Assembly: GCA_004764695.1 (NCBI GenBank) | Contig: SMSO01000025.1 | Coordinates: forward strand, 4,008,862 to 4,072,861 | Length of the DNA stretch: 64,000 nt | Source: Schizochytrium sp. TIO01 | Taxonomy: Eukaryota; Protista; Bigyra: Labyrinthulomycetes | Direction of reading: 5' to 3' | Shown here: positions 53,718 to 64,000 of the stretch, piece by piece | Layout of the letters: each line of letters begins with the position of its first letter | Numbering within the stretch: the first letter of the stretch is position 1 | Translations under genes and position numbers: made by a program | Notes under the pieces: generated by a model | Seen by the model: the letters and a program-made list of their open reading frames with translations, nothing else | Database searches by the model: none | What the model was told of the DNA's origin: nothing

Positions 53718-54250
53718 ATCTCAGGGCCTGTCACCTGACAATCTCTTCACGCCCCTGCTTTTGCTTAATTAATAATAGGCCAGAAATCACTTTAGTGTAA
53801 TCTGACGGTGGACAGGCCCTAAGTACAAACTCAATTTTGTGAGGAGAAGCCGCTCTCTTAGGGACTGTCAGTTGACATTAGACCACTAAAACTGCGAGAG
53901 AGACCTAATTTTGCTTTTGTGAGGTCGCTCTCTTAGGGCCTGTCAGATGACATGCATGTGAAAGCAGAATTTTAAGCCGCTCTCTCAGGGCCTGTCAGTT
54001 GACATTCATTTGAAATTAGGATTTTGAGCTGCTCTCTTAGGGCCTGTCAGATGTCAGGCCTTAAGTAATAAGATAGATGATTTGCAAATAAGCCCTGAAC
54101 AAGGTTTGGCCCTGAGATAGATTTTTTTGAAATGCAATTCGGCCCTAAGAGACCCATAAAAGTTATCCAAAAAGCCACTGAGCAAGCTTTGGCCCTGAGA
54201 GAACTAGAAAAATTATGCAAAATGCTTCTGAGCAAGCTTTGGTCCTGCGC
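53718..54250. repeat. Array of GCTCTCT(T/C)AGGGCCTGTCAG(A/T)TGACA motifs, direct then inverted; paralogous copy at about 59824-60290
   Basis: Direct copies at about 53719, 53852, 53927, 53979 and 54031; inverted cores GGCCCT(A/G)AG at about 53815, 54108, 54141 and 54191. Confidence 0.8.
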
Positions 54251-54566
54251 GAAAAACGCTTTTTGTGCAAGTTTCTGATGTAAATATATTCGAAATTCTA
54301 CTATCGCTCGGCAATATAACTTCAACTTCCTCGTGTTTCACCAAGCGTGAACCAGGTGCGCATCTCTGGTCTTTATGCAGCGACCAGACAAGCTCACAAT
54401 GGTTTTATTCTGATTAGCAATTGTGAAATTGAAATAAGTCAAAATTTATAAAGAAGACTTTCGATTTGTTTCCTGACTATATAAAGTTTCCGAGTAGGAA
54501 GTACTTTGTAAGCTTACCTCCAAAGTATATTGATTATATAACTCACTGTTTTCTGCAGAAGGTTAG

Positions 54567-54740
54567 GATTGCAGGGTAGCTTGTGCTGTGAGGCGTGCAG
54601 AGGTAGTCTGACAAGGACGGCGAACTCAGGAGAAAGAGAAAGAGGATGATATATGAGTTATTGGGGTTTCGGGTCCGGATACAGGCAGAGTGAATGTATG
54701 TTCAGGAGAGCTTAGGCAGTAGCTGTGTATTACTTCAATA
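54567..54740 (+). mobile_element. Short dispersed element with GTTAG target-site duplication
   Basis: GTTAG|GATTGCAG...TACTTCAATA|GTTAG; highly similar to 36340-36567 with an internal deletion. Confidence 0.8.
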
Positions 54741-54876
54741 GTTAGTAAACCTAAATCTAAACTATCCGAAAAAGAACTCCATATTATCTTAAGTTCTAAC
54801 TCTCATTGACTGCTAAATGCACTAGTGTTCTAAAGTTTACTCGAGTAGAACATAATTGCTAAAACTGAATCTTCAT

Positions 54877-57800
54877 TTATTTATTTTTAATTTCACTAAG
54901 AACCCGTCGAATCCTATCGCTGAGTGCCTTGACTTCATCTGCGTTGCCACCATGCGTCATACTTTCGTACACAGGGATTCCCTCCCAGAGGCTTCGGAAT
55001 ACAGACTTCCACTCTCCCATGTCCTGCATCGCCTCTTCAACGACAACCGGTATCAAACGAGTGGGGGACATTGTATCCATCATGTGCCTAAACTCAAACC
55101 GACAGTTGTCTTTCTTTTTCTTTTTTGGATCAGAGTTCACCTTGTCCATGTATTCTCGTGTAACAAAGACGATGCCAAGAGTGGAATCGTCAATACCGTC
55201 TGTCATGGTACGAATAATGTCGCCGTGCTGCACCTCGTTCCGATCGAGCCAGCATGATATACCATGATTGTTCTGCAACTCATCACTTACACGGCATACA
55301 AGGCTGTGCACAGTCTTATCTTCGCCCCAAGCGTGTGACAAGAAGACGTCATACTGCTTCTTTCGTTGTGCTGTTATCTTCCGTTCAAAATCTCCAGCAT
55401 CATCTCTGTTGGCAAAAAACAACCGAAAGGATGACAGCCTCAACCTTTTGTTGCGCCCAACAGCCAACACCTTACCGCGCTGTGGCTCTGCCAGGTCACT
55501 AATAGAGGCACAGCTTTGATCATTTGTGGTACCGTCACAGCTCAAAAACAAGCTCGGATTCAATTTCTGTTTCATGAAAGCTTCATCTATCGATTGCAGT
55601 TGAGCGTGCAGTAATTGTACAATGTTCGTTAATGGCCTCTGTAAATCGCTGCTTTCGTTTTCTTCATCATTTTCGAAATACATGATAATACGACGTCGAG
55701 TATCATCCGGGACCAGGAGGACAGAAATGCCATCAAATATGATGCTTGCCGCATTTGCGTACACCTGCTGAACCTCAACGAGCCCTTCAGGGAAATTTGA
55801 CACCATACTCGCAATAAAGCGTTGAATTACTCCTTTGGGGAAAAAGTCAAACTCGATATACACTAAAGCGGCACCTTCAAATTGCGATAAGAGATCATGG
55901 AGCTCATCCTCGGAGATAGTTTTTAATAAGCTGGGAATTAACAAAGCTCCCTTTGCGTCCAAATCTCCAATCCATGGGCTTCTGCTCGCCAGAAGCATCT
56001 CTGTCATGAGTTTAGAAAAGTACTCAACTAAAAAGGATTGACCCCATAACGTTGACAGAATCAAACGACTTGCAACACCGCGTTCCTCCCATGTGTCTAA
56101 GTCACGAAACCAATGTGTTGGTACATCAGCCTCTAAAGATGCCTCTTCTATTTTCTGCACATGCACTTCCATATGCATTGGATCGCAAATTACTCGTGAC
56201 AAGTTGTCCAGCAGCCATTGAGGTTCCAGGACCACATAGTTTGCCAGAACGGGTGTGGAGGTGAGATGTACAATAACGCCCAGCTCGTGCATGTACTTCA
56301 GCATCTTCGTAGTGTCATCTTTTGAAATGCCGCACCATCCCATTGCAAGCTCATACACAGCATCAAGCTCCAAGTAGTCTTTTTTAGTTCTAAACATACG
56401 ATCGAAACAGAGAGACCATCGCAGTGGCACCTCCTTCTGTACATAAGGCTCCGAGGCAGCTGTAGTCATGAGAAGATTGCGAAGAAGTTCACAGCGTGAC
56501 GCATCTTGCCTTTCAGTGTTATCCAGAGGGTGAAAGTATAAACCGTCTGTCGTGTTTCTTACAAGGCGGAGGCCCTCGGCTTGAGAAAAGATCTTTCGCA
56601 ATTTAGCGTTTATGAGCTTCAGATTTTCCTTCGCATCCCGAAAAGCGTCGAGATATGTTCCCACAAAAACAACCCTGGCTTCATTCGCATGTAAGCATAT
56701 TGAGTCTAGCCAGAATTGAATTGTGTTCAGTGCTGTCTCGCTATCCTTCATTGACGCATAGTCAGAACAGTCCTGGAATTTATCTTTTCCAATCACTTCT
56801 CGCATATCGAAAACGATCACATACACCCCGTAATTAGTTAGGAAAAGGTGATGCAAAGCGTAGAATACCTCCTGTCCACCGTAATCCCAAATGGAGAAAC
56901 TGACATCTTCCTCTACTTTTGTACGTCCAGTCTCTTCAAATTGGAATTTCACATCAGCCCTAAAAACACTTGCCACCTCCTCCGTCTCGACCTTGAGCTC
57001 AGGTTTCAAGGTTTTATCCATCCGAGGTCCAGAAAGTCTGGCCAATGATTTGCGAATACTTTGGCGAAAACGACTCTTTCGATCTTTACGGATCTGGCTT
57101 TTTACAAGAGCATCGTTGAGATCAGCAGAGTGAATGCCTAATGGGTCCTCTTTCCAGTCCTTCGTGCGAATCACCTTGAGGTCAACACCAATAGTCGAGT
57201 CATGCTCCGCCACAAATGCCTGACCAAGTAGAGTACGAATAGTTGATGTCTTACCAGAACCACCCTTTCCAACTACCATCAACTTCGCTCGACCCCATCG
57301 TACCTTTTCATCTCTTGAGAAAGCAGCCAATGCCGACTTTGTGAATTGGTCAACTATATCTTTAGCCAATTTTAAGCGATCACCAATATGATCTTTCACG
57401 TTTTGATGGATATTATCATCAAGACTGCCAAGGTATGCAACTCTGATTTGTTAGTTTAAGTCATTTCAAAACTTCATTTCATTTCACTCAAGCTTTGCAT
57501 AAAATTTCTTTAATTCGTACAAACTCACATTATTACCTGGAGAACACGGTTTTCATCCAGCGCCGCAGCCACTGCCTTGGCGCCCTCGTCGCCGATATCA
57601 TTGCCCAAAAGACTGCCGATTTGATTGAATGATGACAAGTAGTACAATACAGTGCATCCGATGCACACATGCATGAACGTGAGTGATCCAGGTTGGCTTT
57701 CAGGATTTCATCTTTGTTGTGTTGTCATTTTGCTCTTTGTTCCATGGATGTATACTCACTCAGATAGACAAACTTATTCATCCATTCATGCATCCATCCA

Positions 57801-59079
57801 TGCATCCATCCATGCATCCATCCATGCATCCATCCATGCATCCATCCATGCATCCATCCATGCATCCATCCATGCATCCATCCATCCATCCATCCATCAA
57901 AAACAAACAAACAAACAAACAAACAAACAAACAAACAAACAAACAAACAAACAAACAAACAAACAAACAAACAAACAAACAAACAAACAAACAAACAAAC
58001 AAACAAACAAACAAGAGATTGCATAAACTTGCAAAACAACACCCACCCACCCACCCACCAAACAACAAAGCAAAAATCATGACAAATAAGTCCATGAGCT
58101 GCACTGTTGCGTAGACAACTTACTTGAGTGATGTCAGCGACCGGTTCTCTTTCAGCGTCGCACCCACTGCCTTAGCGCCCTCTGAGCCGATTTTGTTGCG
58201 TTGAAGACTGTCGATTTGATTAAATGATGACAAGTAGTACAATACACTGCATCCGATGCATGCATGCATGGACGTGAGTGATCTAGGTTGGCTTTCAGGA
58301 TTTCGTCTTTGTTGTATTGTCATTTTGCTCTTTGCTCCATGGATGTATACTCACTCAAATAGACAACCTTATTCATCCATCCATCCATCCATCCATCCAA
58401 CAAACAAACAAACAAACAAACAAACAAACAAACAAACAAACAAGAGATTGCATAAACTGGCAAAAGAACACCGACCCACCCACCAAACAACAAAGCAAAC
58501 ATCATGACAGACAAGGCCATGAGCTGCGCTGTTGCGTAGACAACTTACTCAAGAGATGTCAGCGACCGGTTCCCTTTCAGCGCCGCAGCCACTGCCTTGG
58601 CGCCCTCTGAGCCGATCTGGTTGCTATAAAGACTGTCGATTCGATTGAATGATAGCAAGCAATACATTACACGTTACATATTACAATAGATGCACGCATG
58701 CATGCATGGACGTGAGTGATCTAGGTTGGCTTTCAGGATTTCGTCTTTGTTGTGTTGTTATTTTGCTCTTTGTTCCATGGATGTATACTCACTCAAACAG
58801 ACAACTTATTCATCTATCCATCTATCCATCCATCCATCCATCCATCAAACAAACAAACAAACAAACAAACAAACAAACAAACAAACAAACAAACAAACAA
58901 ACAAGCAATTGCATAAACTTGGAACACAAGAATGACAAAAGCAGCACCGTGCAAATAAAACAAGCAAGCAAGCAAGCAAGCGACCGAGTGACCGAGAGTA
59001 CCAAGTTAACTTACTTCAATGTTGTGGCGCCATTCCAAAGCCGTTCAAGGGCAGCGACAACACTTGGGTGGTCTGACAT
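54877..59079 (-). CDS. Roco protein: LRR - Roc GTPase - COR - TIR, about 954 aa, 5 exons
   Basis: Exons 59015-59079, 58549-58632, 58124-58207, 57529-57612 and 54877-57424, all phase 2 and in frame. Roc motifs: G1 [10 protein letters not shown]2 STIGVD, G3 [18 protein letters not shown]4 VGTYLD. COR-like: [34 protein letters not shown]: [28 protein letters not shown]. Confidence 0.92.
57776..58013. repeat. Intronic compound microsatellite (CATCCATCCATG)n-(AAAC)n; shorter versions at about 58372-58443 and 58810-58903
   Basis: Directly visible; occupies the same position in each LRR intron unit. Confidence 0.95.
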
Positions 59080-59527
59080 CGTGCAGTAAGTAAAGATCTA
59101 GACTTCAACCAGCGGGCGCGAGCGTGTACGTTCTCAGGTAAGCTCGTGGCACAGTCCCAGTCGTTGCAGAAGGTTTCGAACCTGCTGGATGTGAAGCTGC
59201 AAGGCCATGACAGGGTTGCAAGGTGGCGTGCACACGTGCTGGCTTACTGAGTTGCTATGGTTTTCCTTAAGATACAGATGTTACTTAGTGCTCTTGAAAT
59301 AAAAAGGTATTTTACTAATTTGATCCTAACTCTACCTAGCAAGCCATGCTGGCGTCCTTCCTTGCAAGTCCTATTATCACTTGTTCGGTAGGCTAAGCAC
59401 TAGAAGATCTTTTCCAGTAATGTTTGCTTCAGTAGCACCACCTCATAGGACTATCTAGTCATAGAACTAACTAGTATCTCACAATCAAACTAATATTTAT
59501 AAAGGCATCATATATCCTTTCAAAAGC

Positions 59528-59582
59528 ACATTCGACCATACCACGCAAATAACGCAAATGACAACACCTCATTTGCACTGAG
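59528..59582 (+). pseudogene. Degenerate 5S rRNA 5' half
   Basis: ACATTCGACCATACCACGC...AACACCTCATTTGCACTGAG, at the position equivalent to 53661 in the duplicated block. Confidence 0.7.
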
Positions 59583-59626
59583 TGTCAACTGATCTTCATA
59601 CCCACTGCTAGTCCCTGCTTAGGCTT

Positions 59627-59818
59627 TATTGACGTAATATACAGCTAGGTGCTAAACTAACCTAACTTAACTGAACTTGACCTAAATCTTCTGTCCGACA
59701 CTCTACTGGATTCAACATGATATATTCATCCTGCCTGTATCCAAAAAGATCCGAAATTTCAATAACATAAATATCATCATTGTTAAACTACCTCTGCGCG
59801 CTAAGCTAATCTGCAATA
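59627..59818 (-). mobile_element. Short dispersed element with GGCTT target-site duplication; empty site in the paralogous block
   Basis: GGCTT|TATTGACG...CTGCAATA|GGCTT. The paralog at about 53755-53775 lacks it (CTGCTTTTGCTTAATTAAT). Confidence 0.82.
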
Positions 59819-60702
59819 GGCTTAATTAATAATTGGCCAGAAATTCACTTTTGTTCGGTCTGACGGTGGGCAAGCCATATGTACAAGATCAATTTTGTGA
59901 GGAGAAGTTGCTCTCCTAAGGCCTGCCAGCTGACATAAGAGTATTTACATTGCAAGAAAGCCCTTATTTTGGTTTTACAAGGCCGCACTCTCAGGGCCTG
60001 TCGGCTGACACGCATGTGAAAGTAGGATTTTGAGCCGTTCTCTCAGGGTCTGTCAGATGGCAGGCCTTCAGTAATAAGGTAGATGCTATGCAAAGCTCCT
60101 GAGCAAGGTTTGGACCTAAGAAAAGAAAAGCATTGTGCAGATCGCCCCGGAGAGGCCCAGAAAGGTTATGCAAAAAAAGCCCCTGAATAAGCTTTGGCTC
60201 TAAGAGAGGAAACATGCTATGCAAGTTGACCTTAAGAGACCTAGAAAAGTCATGCAGCATGCTTCTCATCAAGCTCTGGCCTGGGGGGACTAAATCATGT
60301 TACAGCTAAGGAGCTTTCTTCGTCCAATACGAATATTGTATAGTTTATGATACAACGTTTTATACAATTTATCCCCATATGCAAGATCTGCAACTCCGTG
60401 TTTAAAGAATTACTCTGTCCGGATTGTTTAGAACGCGCAAACGCTTTGGATTGTAAGATGCGGATAGCTTATAAATTAACTATGCGAAACATGTGGTATT
60501 GACTGGGAAGCTTTGCGTCGAAATAACGCGCAAAACGTGTTCAGGTTCTGACTCCATTAAAATAATTAACAAGTACCTGATATCGTATTGTTTATTCATC
60601 AATTGATATAGATTTTTTAAGTTGAAGGTGCCCCCTCTCCCCCCCCCAAAAAAAGCATCGGAAATCTATCACCAAACTTTAAACCTTTAAATCCAATTAT
60701 AA

Positions 60703-61068
60703 AAGAAAAATGAGTGCGAGTTGTGCCCGAATGGCGTCCCACCTGGAACGACTCAAACTTCTTGTGATTGGTGCAACAGGTATGTTTGTGGTACCTTCGA
60801 CTGTGTCTTAGATGAAAAAACATGAGGTTGTCAATGGTCCAAAACTCGCTCAAAACTCATTGAATGCTATAAATGTTATCAACCTTTTTGTAATGGTCCT
60901 GTTGTTGTTGAATGCAGACAATAAAACATAGCACCAAACCTGCCTATCTGCCGTGACGCTCTAGATAGGGCAACTTTATATGATTGTGCTGGTTGTGGTA
61001 AATGTTTGAACGAAATATGCAACGTGTATGATATGACAACCAAGTATGCTCTTCTTGCCAGTCATTAA
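60703..61068 (+). pseudogene. Cysteine-rich (zinc-finger-like) reading frame with two internal stops
   Basis: One frame reads NECELCPNGVPPGTTQTSCDWCNRYVCGTFDCVLDEKT*GCQW..IECYKCYQPFC..ECRQ*..ICRD..DCAGCGKCLNEIC. Confidence 0.5.
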
Positions 61069-61628
61069 AGTGTCATGAATGCTTTAAAGCAAGCACCAAC
61101 GAGTCATGCAATGAATTTTGGTATCTAGTGATCATCATTAAATTCTTAGGGGAAAATAATGAACCAAAATTTGGATTTGAAACACAAATAATACCTGAAG
61201 GTTGTCCAATATGAAGCAAACCTTATGACTTTCTTATCGCTTGTTATGGTACTATCAAGTCAAACTTATTGTATAATTGACCCCCAGTGGAGTGACCTAA
61301 GGTTACAAGGGACTCCCAAATAATCAATATTACCCATTCACCTCTTCACGCGTGAGGGTACTATGTCACACGCGTGACGATCCTACTCTTCACGGTGAAG
61401 GCCCTAGTCTCCAAGCGGCATTTCTACGTGTCAGCTAATTAACAGGAAAACTATTAAATTAAAAAGTCTTCACGACCCTCACAAGAATTTGAATTTCTTC
61501 TCAGTGGGATCATGTGAGGAATGTGAGGACAGCATTAACGTGAATCTATATTTTAAAGGTAGAGAAAATTTAATTAAAAGTTTTATTCGTGCCCATATTA
61601 ATTACTAAGACCTCGAGTTGACCCTCCA

Positions 61629-61706
61629 AAGTAAAGTCGCGTACAGTCGGGTCAGTAGTATGGTAGAGGGGGAACTGACTACATGCGAAGCCCCGGTGTT
61701 GAATAC
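61629..61706 (+). pseudogene. 5S rRNA 3' half (degenerate)
   Basis: AAGTAAAGTCGCGTA..CGGGTCAGTAGTATG..CATGCGAAGCCCCGGTGTTGAAT plus a T run. The downstream flank resembles that of the 21125 gene (GCA..AAAGCAACTCC). Confidence 0.82.
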
Positions 61707-62812
61707 TTTTTTCTATTATATTTTAGTCTAGCACAAAAAAGCAACTCCGAGTTTTTTTTAAAGTTTTTTTTTAAATGTTATTTTGCAGATGTGAGTATCT
61801 AAATTTCCTCAAGTGCATGCTATCGAGGTCCGAGGGCAAGATTGCTCACTCGTTGAAGTAATTGTCCTTCTTTTAATTCAGCTAAGTCATTTGCACGCAA
61901 CATCACAAAGTTTGCATAAAAATCATCAAGTGTATGAGTTAAGGGCGGAGAATCGACGAGAGGAACAGTTCTTTGAAAGGGGTGGTCGCGAACGCTTTAC
62001 TGTGGTTTTCGACAGGGGGAGGGTATACTCCAGACGAACCACTCATGTTGTACTCAGCTTTTATTTAATATTCAATATTACATGTATCTCCTTCTACAAG
62101 TTGTTTGCCTTTTTCTGCAGTCAAGTGTACCTTGAAAAATAAATGACTATTGTCTGGCCTCAAAAGAAAAGTCTTTCCATTTTAGATGCAAATATGTTAT
62201 TTGCATTCGGAAATTGTCGAGACAACGGAACACTCACATCTCTACTCCTGGGGCCTTCGAATATTAGCAGTTTTCGTCAAGTATTTATGTATTATCTGCT
62301 CTGTTTAGATCTTACGCCAGTTTGCTGAGGATAATGCTGTAAAAAACATTAAAAACATTATCCAATCGAAAAACTATTCTCTTGCGCAGTTTTAAGTATA
62401 TCATAGTAAATGCAAATGCTTTAGTTCGCGTTCGTCACTCGGAGTATTGGTTAATTGTTTTGACTTGGTTTTTCTATCCAAGTTAAAGAATATTTACTTG
62501 GTACTTCTAACTAGGTAGTGAGAGCGTTCATCTTTTGAGTAAGGCAGGTAGTCTAGTGCAGCTACTCTAGCAAGTCTACTAGAGCTGAGCACGGAAATAA
62601 TTTATCTTTATCGTTAATCATTTAGTAAAACAGAACGATACTTTTTTCTTTTTTTCTTTTTAAGAGCACACTGAGTCCAGAAAGCAGCCAGAAAAGAGGA
62701 GCTTTTTTATTTTTTGCACATGTGAGTAACCGGATGATCTTGAATAAACTAATGATGTGCAGTTTAGTCAATAGAGAAGTTGTTTGGGAATTGTTTCATA
62801 CAATAGCCATTT

Positions 62813-63836
62813 TGCCCTCTTCTTTTCAAATTTATGGAGAAACCAAAGGTTTTCAAAATCATCAAGTTGGTTAGGTATCAATAAAATGTCCCACTTGCAA
62901 TGTTTGGAAGTTGCATTGCCCTTCATCATAATGCAAATAACTTAAAACACATGCGCCCAAGTCGAGCGTGCTATGGAGCCCCTCACACGAACAAACTTTA
63001 AGTAAATGCATGGATATTGTTCGATCGGTTGAGATTAGAACTCAAGAAATCCTGGTTGTATAGTATCCTGCCCTCTTCTATTCAAATTTATGGAGAAACC
63101 AAAGGGTTTCAAAATCATCAAGTTGGTTAGGAATCAATAAAATGTCCCTTTTGCAATGTTTGGAAGTTGCATTGCCCTTCATCATAATGCAAATAACTTA
63201 AAACACATGCGCCCAAGTCGAGCGTGCTATGGAGCCCCTCACACGAACAAACTTTAAGTAAATGCATGGATATTGTTCGATCGGTTGAGATTAGAACTCA
63301 AGAAATCCTGGTTGTATAGTATCCTGCCCTCTTCTATTCAAATTTATGGAGAAACCAAAGGGTTTCAAAATCATCAAGTTGGTTAGGAATCAATAAAATG
63401 TCCCTTTTGCAATGTTTGGAAGTTGCATTGCCCTTCATCATAATGCAAATAACTTAAAACACATGCGCCCAAGTCGAGCGTGCTATGGAGCCCCTCACAC
63501 GAACAAACTTTAAGTAAATGCATGGATATTGTTCGATCGGTTGAGATTAGAACTCAAGAAATCCTGGTTGTATAGTATCCTGCCCTCTTCTATTCAAATT
63601 TATGGAGAAACCAAAGGGTTTCAAAATCATCAAGTTGGTTAGGAATCAATAAAATGTCCCTTTTGCAATGTTTGGAAGTTGCATTGCCCTTCATCATAAT
63701 GCAAATAACTTAAAACACATGCGCCCAAGTCGAGCGTGCTATGGAGCCCCTCACACGAACAAACTTTAAGTAAATGCATGGATATTGTTCGATCGGTTGA
63801 GATTAGAACTCAAGAAATCCTGGTTGTATAGTATCC
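62813..63836. repeat. Tandem repeat, 4 x 256 bp
   Basis: TTTATGGAGAAACC at 62831, 63087, 63343 and 63599; copies 2-4 appear identical. Confidence 0.96.
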
Positions 63837-64000
63837 CTTGCTAGTACAAACTCAATTTGAAGCTGCTTAGAATTATACGTCAACCTCAAAGTCTTTCTCT
63901 CAAAGCCTACTATTACTTCTCTTCTATTTTTCACAGAGATTACATCCTCATGCTTTAAAAACTTAAGCAACTCTCTACCTGAATTTTATCCAGTACCCCA

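Noticed and set aside
57652-59004. Low-complexity ORFs (HASI/MHPS/TNKQ/CLFV repeats)
   Set aside because: These are translations of intronic microsatellites.

Overview
Eukaryotic nuclear DNA from a thraustochytrid (Labyrinthulomycetes). The 18S sequence looks like Aurantiochytrium/Schizochytrium, recognised from memory and not searched. The window looks like a subtelomere. Positions 1-8.7 kb are three successive tandem arrays (about 370, 530 and 412 bp units). There are two complete minus-strand 18S-5.8S-28S rDNA units (9.7-15.2 kb and 42.6-48.1 kb) that differ in variable helices, two intact 5S genes, three 5S fragments and three tRNA genes. The ORF track largely misses the main content: six intron-rich genes or pseudogenes whose N-termini are built from one-repeat-per-exon, phase 2-2, mostly 84-nt ribonuclease-inhibitor-type LRR exons. 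These are spliced onto different terminal effector exons: Roc-COR-TIR, non-RD kinase + RING + Rcat-like, RING + Rcat-like, and an unnamed ~110-aa domain found twice. Recently duplicated LRR exons differ mainly at the solvent-exposed beta-strand codons, and one LRR head is joined to two unrelated tails. This suggests a modular, exon-shuffling, subtelomeric immune-receptor-like system (inference). Also present are a short dispersed element with 5-bp target-site duplications, a 5S gene split by an insertion, a P450 fragment and a 4 x 256 bp tandem repeat. All exon models were read by eye from GT/AG sites and reading frame and need RNA-seq confirmation.
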